Positions 37,235 to 50,223 of a DNA stretch of 64,000 bases are shown here, piece by piece (within the stretch, counting starts at the first letter, position 1; every line of letters begins with the position of its first letter). Below the pieces are notes generated by a model. The model was given only the letters and a program-made list of their open reading frames with translations, was not told the origin of the DNA and searched no databases. Origin of the DNA: Lama glama. Lineage: Eukaryota. The stretch covers positions 101,992,001 to 102,056,000 of the forward strand of contig CM052817.1 in the NCBI GenBank assembly GCA_028534125.1, in the 5' to 3' direction. The position numbers and the translations under genes were made by a program.

Positions 37235-38560
37235 GTGTTTACAGTTTTTAAGTGGATTTTATTTTACACACAGTAAAATTCAGAGGTCTATGAAGCTTTT
37301 GCAATGGTTCACAGTCATGCAGCCACAAGACCATCACTCTGTAGAGCATCTCCATCACGCACTAAGTTCCCTCATTCTCCTTTCTGTTCAGTCCCCTCCC
37401 CACAGCATCCAGCCCCTGGCAGCCGATGATCTGTCTTCCCTATGTTAGCCTTTTCCAGAATGTTGTTTAAGTGGAATCATACGTTGAGGGGTGCTGAGTC
37501 TGGCTTCCCTCACTTAGCACAGCACATTAGTATAGTGCAGCTTAATCCACGTTGCACAAATTAGCAGATCCCTTTTATCACTCCTTTTTATCAATGTATG
37601 GCATTGTATTGAGGTCCCACACATTTAAAAAAATCTATTTAACATTTAGACATTGGCATGATTTGGTATAAAACTGTCATTAACATTTGTATGGACAGAG
37701 ACGTTCATTTCTCTTAGGCAGATAGCTAGGAGTGAAATTGTTGATTTTGTTGAAGTTAAGTGTGTTTTTACCTTTATAAGAGATGGCCAAACTGTTTTAC
37801 AAAGTGTCTATTTCAATTTGCATTCCTTCCAGTAACGTGTTAGAGTTCTCGTTCTGGTTGCTCCACTCATCCTGGGTCCTCATCAACACTTATTGTCAAA
37901 ATTTCATTCCCCTCCTCCCTCCCTCCCATAATTCTGCCATTACGATAGTTATCAAGTAGTATCTCGTTGTGGTTTTAACTTGCATTTCTCTAAAGACTAA
38001 TGATATCAAGTACCTTTTCACATTTTATTTGCCATCTGTCTATCTTCTTTGGTGAAGAATCTATCCAAATATGTTGCCCAATAATTAAAAATTGGCTTGT
38101 CTGATTTCTTACTCCTGCATTTTGAGAGTTATTTATATGTTCCGAATAACCTGTCCTAGTCAGTTATGTGTTTTGCAAATTTTTTCTCCAGGTGTATGTT
38201 TTATGTTCGAAAAGTGTCTTTTAAAGAACAGAAAGTTTCCCAAATAAGGACTTTTAAACATATCATCATTGACATCTCAAGAGAAAGAGAGATTCCAGTC
38301 CTTTTCTGATGTGGGTTTGCATTAGAAAACCTCCACCATCCATCAGAGCCATTAGAGACAAGAAAAAATATAAAGTATTTTAGAGTAAACATTACAAGAA
38401 TGTGCGTTAACTTGGACAGAAGTGACTTTTGCTGGTGTTGACACCCTGTCCAAGAACAAGTTTTATCTTTCTATTTGTTCAAATCTGCTTATCTGTCCTT
38501 CAGGCATATTTTAAACTCTCCCACCCTGGAGGCTTCAATGATGACATTTTATAAAGTCCT
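37235..38560 (-). mobile_element. Old L1 3' end and ORF2 fragment (L1MD/ME-like)
   Basis: gtagtatctcgttgtggttttaacttgcatttctctaaagactaatgat...atcttctttggtgaag. Confidence 0.8.
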
Positions 38561-40785
38561 TATTTAGGAACATGTTACTAATAAAGACTAGAAGTCCCTG
38601 AGTTCACTTTTTCGCCTTCGTTGGCACCTCTTGCAGGTCTAGCTGTGAACGGAGCTGGGCTACCAGGCAGGACTGACACGAGGGGCTTCCTCCCTTTCTC
38701 CCCGATGCAGAGCCCTGACCCGGCAAGCGGAGAGGGGGTGCCGGTGCCACAGTCCTCAGCAGAGGCTGCCCCAGCCCCGCCTCTCCGGATGGAGCCTGGC
38801 TAACCTGGCCCCTGGGTGAATCCCATCCGCTGTTGTCCAGCACCGTTAAATTCAGTTCAGAGGTAAATTGGCAAAACACTTTTACCTTAGATTAATTGCA
38901 TCTGAGTACCCCCCCCCTTTCTCCAGTGACTCTACAGGGCCCCTCGTAACCCCCACCTCCGAGAACTGTCATGATGCACATGGCCCAGGGAAAATGAAAA
39001 GATCACCAGAGTGTTTCAGAAAACCAGGAGGCACATGGGCACCTGGTGCTGACCTAGCGATTGTGGTTAAAGAAATTGTTTGCACATAGATTTACAAACA
39101 GGGAAAGGCCTGGACAGGGCCAGCAGAGGTATGGGGGTGCGGGCGGGGGTGAGGAAGGGATACTAAGGGGGAAAGCCAGACGACTGATCCCAAGGGGCTC
39201 CCTTGTGTGAATCGCCTATGGTCTGAAGTTTGAGCTTCCGCTTTGCAGGCTCTGACACAGGATTGCTCAGCAGAGAGAGAGCAGGACTCCATCTTCTCAA
39301 GACAGCCTGGCGTTCACTGGGTCACAAGGCTGACGGTATGACCAGACACTAGCGTGTTAATCTGTAGTGAGAACGCACCTGCGGAGAGCCGGGGCTGCTG
39401 TTTCCAGTGCGGAGTTAGGCTGCGGACGTGTCCTCCGCACCCCGCCATTGGGGGAGGAAGTCAAGGAATGAGAAAACCTTCTTGTAGAGTTGGGTCCCCC
39501 TCCTTGGCAGGAGACTGCCCTTTGTGTCATGACACACAGAGCTGAAAAGGAGTACGGGTATCTTACTTACAAACTGACAAATCCTAGGATGAAATGATTC
39601 ATGCTGTAGGAAGATTCCTCTCACTACAAAACAGCAAAAGGCCCTCTTGTGTTGTGTAATAGGTGAGGATGTCAGAGTTACAAAAAGCAGACGCGCAGGA
39701 ATTGTATAACTGTAGGAACTTTGTTTCTGTTAACTCAGTCCCCATTTCCTTGGATGGTAAAGGACAAACTTGTCAATTTAAGGTAGTCAGTTGCTCTTGA
39801 ATTAGAGTCAGCGCCTTTGAGTAAATACTCAGCCAATCTCAATTCTTCTCATGCTAATTCTTTCCTTTCCCCCTGGAGTTAGGAAACAGCCTCTGATCAG
39901 GCCGCTGTGCCTGGCCTTCCCTGGGCCACCTCGTCTCAGCATCACCTCCGCTCCTGCACACCTGCAGGGGGACCGCAGACCTCCCTCTCCCTCCAGCTGC
40001 CTCTAGCCACGCAATGGGTCTTCTCCGTTTCCTCTTTCTTTGCACCGAACCTCCCTTTAGGACTGTCCCCTGCTCTGCTCTGTCCTCTGCCCTCTGGGGG
40101 GTGTGAAGCTCCCTGGTGTTGGAATACTTGGGGTGCTTCGAGGCCTTCCTGGATCACCAAAGTGCCTCTTGTGCCCATGATGGACTCAACCACGAAGCTT
40201 CTCTAAATTTCCCTTTATTCATTTTTCTCTCTTTAAGGTTTTAATTTTTAAATTTATATCTTTAATCGTTTGTAAGCACACTGGTTTTAAAACCTCCGTT
40301 TGTCCTCCCGGCCTTTGGTATTGCTTGTTCTTTTGCATTAACGTCTCAACAGAGTGATTTATATTCTCATGAGTTTTGTAAATTTTTTTTTCTTACTGTG
40401 AGTGCATCTTCAATAGATTTTTCTCCCCCAGCACCCCCTCACTTGCCCCAACCATAAACTTTTCTTTTTTGTTTTTTGGTGTTTTTTTTATTTTGTTTTT
40501 GTTGTTGTTGTTGTTTAATTTTAAAAATTTATTTATTTATTTTTAAACCACAAACTTCTCAGCTTGGTGATATAGAATTCCACGAATCATGTCAGTGTGG
40601 GCTCCTTACCCACACAACGGCAACCTTGGGTTTTTGATTTCTCAGGGATGACTTTTTCAGAGCATCAACTTACAAACAGAAGGAAGCTTCCTCTCTCTTT
40701 CTCAAGCCACTGGGCTTTCCTCTCCAAGATGTGAGCACTGCTTCAGGGCTCTGCATCCTATACACCTGCGTGCCTGCATCCTTGT

Positions 40786-40802
40786 GCCAGGAGATGGCGC
40801 TG
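40786..40802 (+). promoter_or_regulatory. Candidate CTCF site
   Basis: gCCAGGAGATGGCGCtg differs from the CCASYAGRKGGCRC core at one position. Confidence 0.35.
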
Positions 40803-40909
40803 TCCCTGAAATACTGAGGTGCCAGCAAGGTCATGACGCTCCTTCTGCACGCTTCTTAGAACTGACCTCACATTATACAAGACATGTGAGTGGCAGCAAG
40901 GTAGTCCAT

Positions 40910-42130
40910 GGTTCATTCATTTGATGAATATTAGCGAAGACCTATGATGTGCTATGCTCTCCATTAGACTCTGGGGTTCCAAGGATGAGCCCAGCTCCAT
41001 GGAACTTAGAGCTTTTCAGAGAAACAGACAGTGCCAGAATCATCATATCAACGATCTACTCTTACCATCCCACACAGCCTCCCAAGGAAGGAGACAGAGA
41101 GATCTTAGGGCTTATAAGCAAGGAAGTGCCCTAAGTTGACATCTAAAGGGTAGGGAAAAGTTAACCAGCTGAAGGGGGCAATGTTCCATGAGGTGGGAAT
41201 CCTCTGGCTAGATTAAGACTGTGATTCCTAAACCAAGTGGTTTTCCATTCTGACTGCCTAATACAATCACCTGGGAAGCTTAACATAAAAACGCCTGGCT
41301 CTGTCCCCAGAGATTCCTAGCTAATTGGTCTGGGGTGAATCCAGGCAACTGTATTTTTAAGAGCTCAGCCAGTGACTATGTTGTGTATTCAGAGTTGTAA
41401 ATACTGGGTGACCCATGCCAGCAGCACCTGGGAAATTGTTAAACACACAGATTCTCATGTCCATCCCAGACCTATTGGACGAAAAACGCTGGGAATGGGG
41501 CCCAGAACAAAAGCGGGCTGCACCCCTTCCCAGCGAACCTCCCTGCAGCACGTGTTGAGAAATAAATATATAACTAAACTGGACTTTCAAATAATAGAGG
41601 AAGGCCCACAAAGTTGTGCTCTTTTGCTGTGATGACTATTTTAGTGCTTTTTTAAAATTTCCAAATATGCTCTGAAGGCTTTTGGCTCATGCTCTGGTTG
41701 CTTAGGCTTTACTGGATAGAGGAATATGCTGAGTCTCCTGATAGGGGAACAAGCATGAGGGAAACAGCTTGTGCAAAGGGCATGGGGCAACATGGGTCAT
41801 TCACAGAAGTATAGGCTTGGAGGAGCAGCGCGTGACTCAAAGGGAAGATAGTGCCACAGGGGACTCAGACACTGGGAAAGACAAGGCTGGGGAAACAGGC
41901 CCTGAGTGGTATCTTTAGGTTTGTATTCTGCAAATATCAATTTGGTTGTTGTGGGCAAATTGGTCTAAATGGACCCAGAATGACTGCCTGACTGCAGTCC
42001 ATTCCAGGCACTGTGAAGAGTGGTGGGGACTTGCTGAATGAGTATTCCGGTCCTTAAACACTGAGGGGCGGGATCTCAGGTGGGATGGGAGACTGAGGCT
42101 TTATGGAAGAAGGATGATGGAATAGTGAGG
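40910..42130 (-). mobile_element. Fragmented L2, interrupted by MER5 elements
   Basis: ttcattcatttgatgaatatt L2 tail; aacagcttgtgcaaagggcatgggg downstream. Confidence 0.6.
41221..41560. mobile_element. MER5A/MER5B-like hAT MITEs
   Basis: aatcacctgggaagcttt...ccagagattc...aattggtctggggtg; cagcacctgggaaattgtt...tgggaatggggcccag. Confidence 0.7.
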
Positions 42131-43219
42131 CTGGGAAAACAGCACAAGGGGGACTAGCCAGCAATGAGCATGGAAAATACATCTGAGAATGAAGAACAAA
42201 TAAATCACGGACATTACCTGGGGACCTGTCAAATATTCCCAGCCTCACGTCCCCAGTATCCCAACCCAGTGTGTCCACAGGGAGGCAGAGTTGCTGTCCT
42301 GGTCACATGCTGTCATGTGACTTTGCCAGTCGGCAAGGTTTGGGGACCCCTGAAGAAGACAGAATGCCATTGAAAAGGTGACTGATAACCAAAGGGGGAG
42401 CAGGTCCTTGCGATGGCCCTAATGATGAGTGATGGCAACACTGCAACTGGGGCAGGGCTGCTAAGGGAAGGGTCTGGCATTGGGAAATGTGTGCCGAGGT
42501 GGTTTTCATCCTGTGCCCAGAGTAGAGTGGAAAGTCTACAAAATTTATAAACTAACGCCCGTGTGTCTGTCCTCTGGGATGACCGCAGTATCCAAACATC
42601 TCCATAATAGTCTGAAAAGGTCTGAACAAGAGAAACAAAACAGGCAGCTGTTGTCTTTAAAGACGCTTCTGGACCAGCTACAGTATGTTAAGTTCTGGAG
42701 AGATCTCCAGCTCGCTGCCAACCAGCCACAAAGCAGCTCCAGCGCTGAGGGTGCAGAAACCTCCTCCTGCCCTGACATCTCCAAGTGCTGGTCTCCTTGC
42801 CTTTAGATGGACGCCCGCAGAGTTTGTGGAAACTCACTAACATTTATTGTGCAGCTAATTCACATAGTCGAGTGTTTAGTCCGGTAATTCATCGTCACAT
42901 AGTAAACTATCAAGGGCTTTTTAATTCTGACTTCACCAAGGTCCGGGAGGATGAGTTGCACAGGTGAATACTGATGGACGGGGCAGTGGCAGAGAAGAGG
43001 GGAAGCAGGGTACCGAGGACCATGTTGGTTTCTGTCCTTACAGGAGTGACACTAAAGAGGGCCGGACCACAGGCAGGAAGAGGAAACTGGGATTAGAGAC
43101 AAGGGGCAGAAGGAACCACCGTGTCCAAAAATAAACGACTATGAGTTTCTCCAAGGGCTTGCCCCGCCTGCCTGTGATCACAGGAGTGTGTGTAACTGGT
43201 TCCTTGGTCTCACAGGCAA

Positions 43220-43800
43220 ATCAAAGTGTTCTGGGGCCTGAAGCGTGTACGATTTTGGAAGCCCTCTTTGAGAAAAAGAATAAAAATTATGAAAAGATTT
43301 GATGCGTGAGTATTAATTTATAATACTATGACCAACCACAACAAATTATAAAATTCGAAGAAAATAATGCCTACATTACAAACTCCAAGAAAATTGTATA
43401 AATTTTCTTAATTAACTTCATGACACACCTCTAAAATACTTTTTTTCCCTACATTTTTGGTCCGCGTACTCTTAAATCAGCCCTTCTTATGACAGTGGTT
43501 TTGTTTGATCGTTTTTTTTATTGAGAGAAAAGATAAGTAACTTAATATTTCTTCCAGCATGGTGATCAGCATTTTTATTATTATTATTGTTTCCTAAGAT
43601 TCTTTCAGCTTCACAGCTTGCTAACGATATTGTTATGTAAATATTGAGGATTCTGGTGAAATTTGGAGAAATCTCCATCAAGGCTCTTTTACATAAGAAT
43701 GGTAGATTTCAGGTTATTTCAAGTTTTACTGGGCGAGGACTGACCTAAAATTCTTTTTAAATTGTGACTTTTAAAAGCCAGTTTGTTACTATAGCCTTAT
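43220..43800 (-). mobile_element. hAT-Tip100 (Zaphod/MER115-like) transposon remnant with transposase dimerisation-domain fragment
   Basis: Minus-strand ORF 43487-43681 reads PNFTRILNIYITISLASCEAER, like the hAT C-terminal motif PNxxxxLxIxxTxPxxSxxxERxFS. Terminus-like ggggcctgaagc...ccctctttgagaaaaagaata. Confidence 0.75.
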
Positions 43801-43859
43801 TTTAGTTTTTTAAATTTTACGAGTGTGCTGATATTCTGCTGTACTGCTGGGGCACCTTC

Positions 43860-44497
43860 TGTTGTTAGTGACTAGGTTCTTGTCGCAGAAGGAATTCAGA
43901 GATGAGACACAGAGGTTAAGAAAGTAAAGTGAGGATTTATTAAGGGGTGGATGCTGTACTCTCAAGGGGAGAGCAGGCAGGCTCAGGTGAGCGGCTGCCC
44001 TGAGTTTCTTTGGCAAGTTGGTTACAGAGAGTGCAAAAATGAGTGGGCGGAGTGTTCACTGGGGAGAGAAGGGTTTGGGGTCGTATTCCCTGATGTTCAT
44101 CCCAACTTCACCTTCCCGAATGGAAGAGGGATTTTTGTCCTATTTAGTCTGGATCAGAAGTGTCATGGTGTCGGTGCAAGATGGGTACTTCTAATTAGCA
44201 AGGCTAATTTTATTTAAATGAAGGCATAATGAGCAGAAAGTCCCATTTGGACACTGGAGATTCCTGCCTTTTCTTACCCTCCTTTGTCTGCCTCCAGCCC
44301 ACTTGTCACCCCCAAATGTGTGACCGCTTATTAACCCAGACATTCCTGCTTTTCTTTCTCTACCCCGGGGCCCCTGTTGTTTACATGATGTAGGGTTTCC
44401 TGCATATGGCCCCTGCCCCTCCTTTTTGCCCAGTTCCTGCCATTTGGCCTGCGTCCCCCTTTCTCTGCTCACATCTAGCTGTCGGCCTGCTCTGACA
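43860..44497 (-). mobile_element. Relatively young solo ERV1-like LTR (638 bp)
   Basis: TG...CA ends, perfect 4-bp TSD cttc, minus-strand AATAAA at 43936-43941, several CpGs retained. Confidence 0.9.
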
Positions 44498-44679
44498 CTT
44501 CTGGGTGAGAGAAGATGCAGGTGAGGTCCTTAATACTTAGCTCCCTTAGATTTACAATAAAACTACATCTGATTGGTTCATAGACTTGTTCCTTACTGCT
44601 GGGGGAGCGGTGCGAGAAAGAAGACGATAAATACTAACGTTTGCTGAACAGTTTAGATTAATTTCCAGGTTCATTTTAG

Positions 44680-44800
44680 CCATTTTATGAGGTCCTACGA
44701 GTGTCCCCATTTTACAAATGAGGTAACAGATATTCAGTGAGGTTGACTTTGTGAAGCAGGGACCTGGAATTGACTGACGTGTTCCAGTGGTCATTCCCTC
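44680..44800 (-). mobile_element. MIR SINE fragment
   Basis: ccccattttacaaatgaggtaacaga. Confidence 0.75.
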
Positions 44801-47283
44801 CCTACACCGCCTCTCCCTTGTCTTTTGTCTTCATTGCTTTGCAGGAATTTTGTCCCATTCTTGCAAACCAAACCGAAATCTCCACAGAAATCTACATGTG
44901 TCTGCTAAGAATAAAGAATAATCACAGCTATTTTATGCATTTGGCCAGAAAAAGAAGACACTTGCTTCTTTATAAGAAACTTTCCACATCTTGACTTGAA
45001 GTCTCTGTTTTTATCCCTAACTGATAGGGAAGGGTCCCAGATTCAAAATCCAGAAGGATCACACTAGGTCCCATCAGGGTCTCTGCAATTTTCAAGTCCA
45101 GAGATGTGAGGCCCAGAGCCTGGGAGTGTTTGGCAAATGCGGTGGCCTCACAGGCTAGAGCTGTTTGGTGGGATTGTCACGAAAAAGAGATTGTAGACCA
45201 TCTGACTGAATGCTAATGGATCGGTCTGAGGCAGGTTTTAAAAATAAACAGTTTTATCTGCTCATTACAGAGTTAACAGGTTCCGATCACTCTGGCCCTT
45301 TCTTTTCACTGAGCATGTGTTAGCGGGGCCAAAAAAAAAAAAAAAACCTAACTGCGTTGGAAACTGGTTTCAAATTACTTGCAGATGGCTGGAGGCAGAT
45401 GAAAGCCAGTGTAGAGGTGTTCCTCATTCTATTCTCTGGTCCCCAGACCACGGGGCCATGTGCTGACACTTGGATGCTTGTTTTACAATATCATTTGACA
45501 AGTGGGATTTATGTGTCAAAATTGCAGCTAAAGCCAAGAAAATGTCAGAGTCAGCAAAGAGAGGCAGCATGAGAAAGGGGGAGGGGGCTGTTTCTGGAAC
45601 CCAGGAGTAGGTGAGCTGGACGGTGCCAAGTCCTCACTGTACCAAGCACACAGGGAAATTAACCTGGCTGCCAAAAGCCGGCGATCTGTTTGGTGTGTTT
45701 TGGTTCAGTGTTGTTACTGCCTTTTTCATTAAGGAAACAATGCAATAAAAATGAGACCTTATTCCCTGAATGTATTAATAAAGATAACTTCTTGATTCAG
45801 GTCCCAAACCGCTGGAGCCACATTTCATTTGCTGCATTTATTGTCCAGAGATCTAATGTACCGAGGTGCTCAGGGCCACAGCAACATCAGTGGAAACCCT
45901 GCCAGAAAGGACGAAAGATGAGATTCCTCTTCTTTCTGGGAATCTCCAAAATGTCATAGGAACTAAATATTCATCAATTCTTCTAAACTGAGTTCAACTT
46001 TCCCAAAGGTTTTCATCTTTGGCTATTTTTAAAAGGTAGAACACATCAAATTCTTAAATCGTACCTGAAACTGGTAGAGTCTCCTCTTAATGCCTGCATG
46101 AGATAAACTTCCTTATTCTTTCTTTTTTTGGTGTGGGAGAGGAAGAGAAGGTGAGAGATTGAATGTTCAAATTCCCCCGAGCTCCATGCATTGCGGGCCA
46201 TATTAGGAGCATGTGTGCATTAACTTCATAAACTATCGGATGACACGCATCTTTATTTAGACTCAATCAAGGAATATGATAAGCTATGCAAAGTTATTTC
46301 TGACACTGGGCAAAATAGCCTTGCAAAAAGGCACTGTTCATGGGGCCAGCCCAGCCTGGCTCCGAGGCCATCGCCCATTAGCTCCAAATTCAGGAAAGAA
46401 GTACAGCTGTGGACATCGTGTCATGTGCCAAGTGTAATATGTAGGTTATGAACAAGTCACGATAAAACACAGTAACAGATGGCCTATTCTCTCCACTCCA
46501 CCCCCCTCTGTGGATGAAGGGCCTCCAGGGTCACAACCAACTGCCTAGGGGAAGCCTTAGGAAGTCCGAGTGTGTGCTCCCTGCCGCGATCTAGCCGAAG
46601 CAAGTACGCAGGGTCTCCTTCCCCTAATGTATGGGTTGTTATTTTTTGTCTAGTAGCAACCTAGAAATAAGTCAAGAAACATTCAAATGAGCACTGATAT
46701 TTATTTGATAAGCAAGGGACAAAATACTGAGATTTATTTAGGGGGTGTCATATCTTTATATTTTCTCTCAGCCATCCTATGTGAAATATAGGCTGTGTTT
46801 TGTTTTGTTTTGTTTCCAGGATCCTGGGCCATCAAAGTGTCGATTTTTTCTGATGTGCAGATGGCTAAGTAATTTCTTCCAGTGGAAATGGTGTTCATGG
46901 GGAAAATGTCATGTGTGCAGTCGTTGCTTACTTAAAATAAGTTCTGGGAAACATATCTGGAGCTCATAGGTATCAGGAATGTCTGACCAAGCGACCCCAA
47001 AGCTGACTTGTTGATTTAGAAATTTTGGAAATAGAAAAGATTGGGATTTTGAAAAATTCCCACTTCATATGATGTCAGTAGGTTAACTATGTGCTGTTAA
47101 CTGCTGAGAATCAGCATTCCATTACTGGTGGAACTAACAGAAATCACCCACGAGGAGACTGTGCAGAAACACAGTGCTCAAATCTAACACGTACCAACAT
47201 TTATTTTTCCCTGAGCTCTGTAAAGATGATCCATTACTAACCAAAGACATTAATTTTACTGACGTACAGACTTCCTAAACGCA

Positions 47284-47308
47284 TGTGTGTGTGTGTGTGT
47301 GTGTGTGT
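47284..47308 (+). repeat. (TG)n microsatellite
   Basis: About 12 TG units. Confidence 0.95.
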
Positions 47309-47393
47309 TTAAAATTTAGAGAAAAATAGGATGAGACATTCAATTAGCAATTGAAAAGAGGGAAAGAGAAGGCTTAGCTTCTCCCAGTGAAAC

Positions 47394-47926
47394 TGTTACC
47401 CCAAAAGGGGAAGGTGGCCCAATTCTTGTCATACCCAAAAGATAAGAATTCAGATGAGAGACAAAGCATTGTGTAGTGAAAGATTTTAAAAGATTTATTT
47501 AGGAAAGGAAAAGCACACTGCCAAGAACAAGAGATGGGCAGATCCAAAGGCAGATGGCAGTGGTCCTTGTTTGCCCCCTTCTCTGACACCCTCACTTGGA
47601 GGTGGTCTCTTGATTGATTGACAGCTCTTGCCCCTGAGTGCTCAGTCATGCTCGTCCTCTTTTGCACATGTCCTTACCCATGGAGTGGGGGGCTAAACCG
47701 AAGTGCTAATTATATTACAATGAGCACTGGGTTGTGTCCGGTTAGGTCCTTGTTGCTACAGCACAGTTGTGGCTGTCAGGTTCTAACCAGTTTCTTGCTG
47801 GCTCTCATTTAGAGGAAGTAAAGCCCCTTTATGCTGAAGGCGGGCATACCACCTTTTTCTGAACCATCCTCCCTCTCCTCCACCGATCTGCCCAGTGCCC
47901 CTACTTACTTATCTAACTACCGAACA
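47394..47926 (-). mobile_element. Solo LTR (533 bp), same family as 24403-24947
   Basis: TG...CA ends, TSD aaac/aaat, minus-strand AATAAA at 47494-47499. Confidence 0.9.
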
Positions 47927-48299
47927 AAATGATGGTTTTTAATATCTCCAAGCAATAAGGAGGTTTCCCTTATTATTGGAATGGAGAAAGCCCAAGTGTT
48001 TGTATCTAAATAGCTTCATTTTTTTTTTTGAGAGAGAAAATTAAAAAGGGTTTGGCTGTGTGAAGATATATTTATCTGGAGGTGGAGAGGTGAAATTTGA
48101 GGGTATTTATATCACTGGGCCCTTTTTTGGTGTCCTAGAAGATGAGGTCATCTCTGCGCATGATGCAAGGGAAGTGAAAGAGCTAATCTGAGGACTCTGC
48201 CGTGTGGGGGACAGAAAGAGGCTGAGGATGAAAGGACTGATGAGGTGTAATTAAGATCCAACTGAGGGTGCAACTGATACACATGCGCCAGTGGTTAAT

Positions 48300-48760
48300 T
48301 GTTACAACTTCGTTATATTCTTCAACTGAACTCAGCAGGTCAGGAACAGAGCAAACGGATATGCTGGGGTTAAGTGAGGGTTATGAATTATTGGCCCCAA
48401 CACTCAGAGACCATGGCGGTGAGGCACTCAAAGATGCTGGCAAGGATGCGGTTGAGATTATTGACTATGGGGTCCAAGATGGGCAAGAACTTTGGAGCCA
48501 AAAGAAGTTTGGGACGGGAGGGAGGCAGAGTGGGACTGGAAAACTCACAAAAGGTATTAATCGTACGAGAAGTAGAAGAACTGGAAAAAGACACTGCAGA
48601 GTGAAATCTTACTGAGACAGCAGTTCCTGGCAGTAGCAGTGTCTGTACTGGGGGCCTGTGAACAGAGCGATGTGTAGGAATGGGGTGAAAAGTCAGAAAC
48701 CACGAGGTGGGGAAGACGCCTGAATCATCCCATGAATCATCTCATCTAGGATGATGTTAA
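48300..48760 (-). mobile_element. L2 ORF2 internal fragment
   Basis: Minus-strand peptide LDPIVNNLNRILASIFECLTA resembles the L2 ORF2 linker; purine-rich plus strand. Confidence 0.55.
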
Positions 48761-48904
48761 GACTCTGGCTGAAGAAAATATCCATGTACAAATGTGAACA
48801 ACTTAGCTCCTGAAAAATTGTTGCCTTTTTTTATTTTCTAAATTGTTGGTTAATTAAGCTTTTAAAGGATCCTAAGAGTCTGGAAGGTCCACCAGAGAAG
48901 ACCG

Positions 48905-49090
48905 TCAGGCCAGCACTGAGCAGACTGTGTCCGGAAGGCATCCGGAGGCAGCAGGGCCCAGGAACTGGAGCTGTGGAATCCTGGTGGGGTCCTGCTGTTG
49001 ACTTACCCGTGTAACTCTGGCTACATAACAACCTCTCTGGGGCCCCTATCTGTGAAATGAAAGGTTTGGTTTATGTGGTTTCCCAGGAAT
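48905..49090 (+). mobile_element. MIR SINE, degraded
   Basis: aacctctctggggcccctatctgtgaaatgaaagg. Confidence 0.6.
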
Positions 49091-49759
49091 TTTCTGGCTC
49101 GAACTCACATTCAGTTTCAGTGGAATATTTGTTTCTAACCTTTCCCATGTTGCTGTCGAGTTAGCCTAATTGCTACCTCTTCTGCACTGATTTCATTCTG
49201 CCCCGTCTCACCCTCAGATGACTCCTTCTTTCCACTCAGCGATAACAGTCTCAACGAGCTCAGGATAATTCCCCCCAACTGCCAAAACTATTTCCAAAAT
49301 GCAAACTTGTGGCTGCTGATTCACGCATTGCTTGAGAAGCACTCTGTCTTTGTGACTGGTTTCCCACATGCTCCATTACATCCAGAGACCAAGCTGTCAG
49401 TGAAAACTAGGGATTATCAGGGGAAATGGCCATTGGTGATGTTCTTGTGAGACTTAAAGAAGTAAGAAAGATAAAGATTTCAAATCACCAACATCATAAT
49501 TACTAAAGAGTAGAACATTAGTTAGATGTGCATGGCCTCTGCCCTTGGGTACCTTAAAATTGAAAACACTCCAGCTTAATGCCAAACATATAAACCCACA
49601 CTAAACACCATGAAAACATCATCTTGTTGAGTGAATAAATAAATAAATGGTTTAGGAGTCAACGGATACAACCCAAGGGCTCTCATTGAGGCTTTGGGTC
49701 TCACTGCAATGTATGTTTGGAGTTCATATGTGTAGGGCCACCACCATGGAATAAATGAG

Positions 49760-50220
49760 AAGATAAGCAGAAAGAGCGCGGGATGCAATAAGAGACATTC
49801 TCAGCACAGTGCCTGAAAGAGCTCCCCCTTTCACAGAGCTGGATGCTATGAAGACACAGAAGGAGCTGATGGGAGAGGGAACTGGGTCAGTAAAGTTCCA
49901 CAGTATCAAAGACAAGATAGTCTTGAGGAGAAGAGACTGGTCTACAGAGGAAAATGCCTCAGGTGAGTCAAAGAAGATGAGGACTGAAATAAGTTATTGG
50001 ATTTGTCCATTAGGGGGCCATGAGAGTTTCCATGGAATTTTGGGGCAGGATGCAGACAGTATGAGTTTACATAGCAAATGACTGGAGTATAGTTGGTACT
50101 TCTAAGACCAGACTATTCTTTCAGAGAGATAGGGAACAAAATTTGGTACTTAAGGGGGTAATAGAGATAATAGAGACATTTGGGGGAAGAATAAAGACTT
50201 GGCCTGTAGTTAAAATAAAA
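49760..50220 (-). mobile_element. L2 fragment (probably resumes at ~51090-51400)
   Basis: aggtgagtcaaagaagatgaggactgaaat...ttggattt...agactattctttcagagag. Confidence 0.6.
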
Positions 50221-50223
50221 AGG

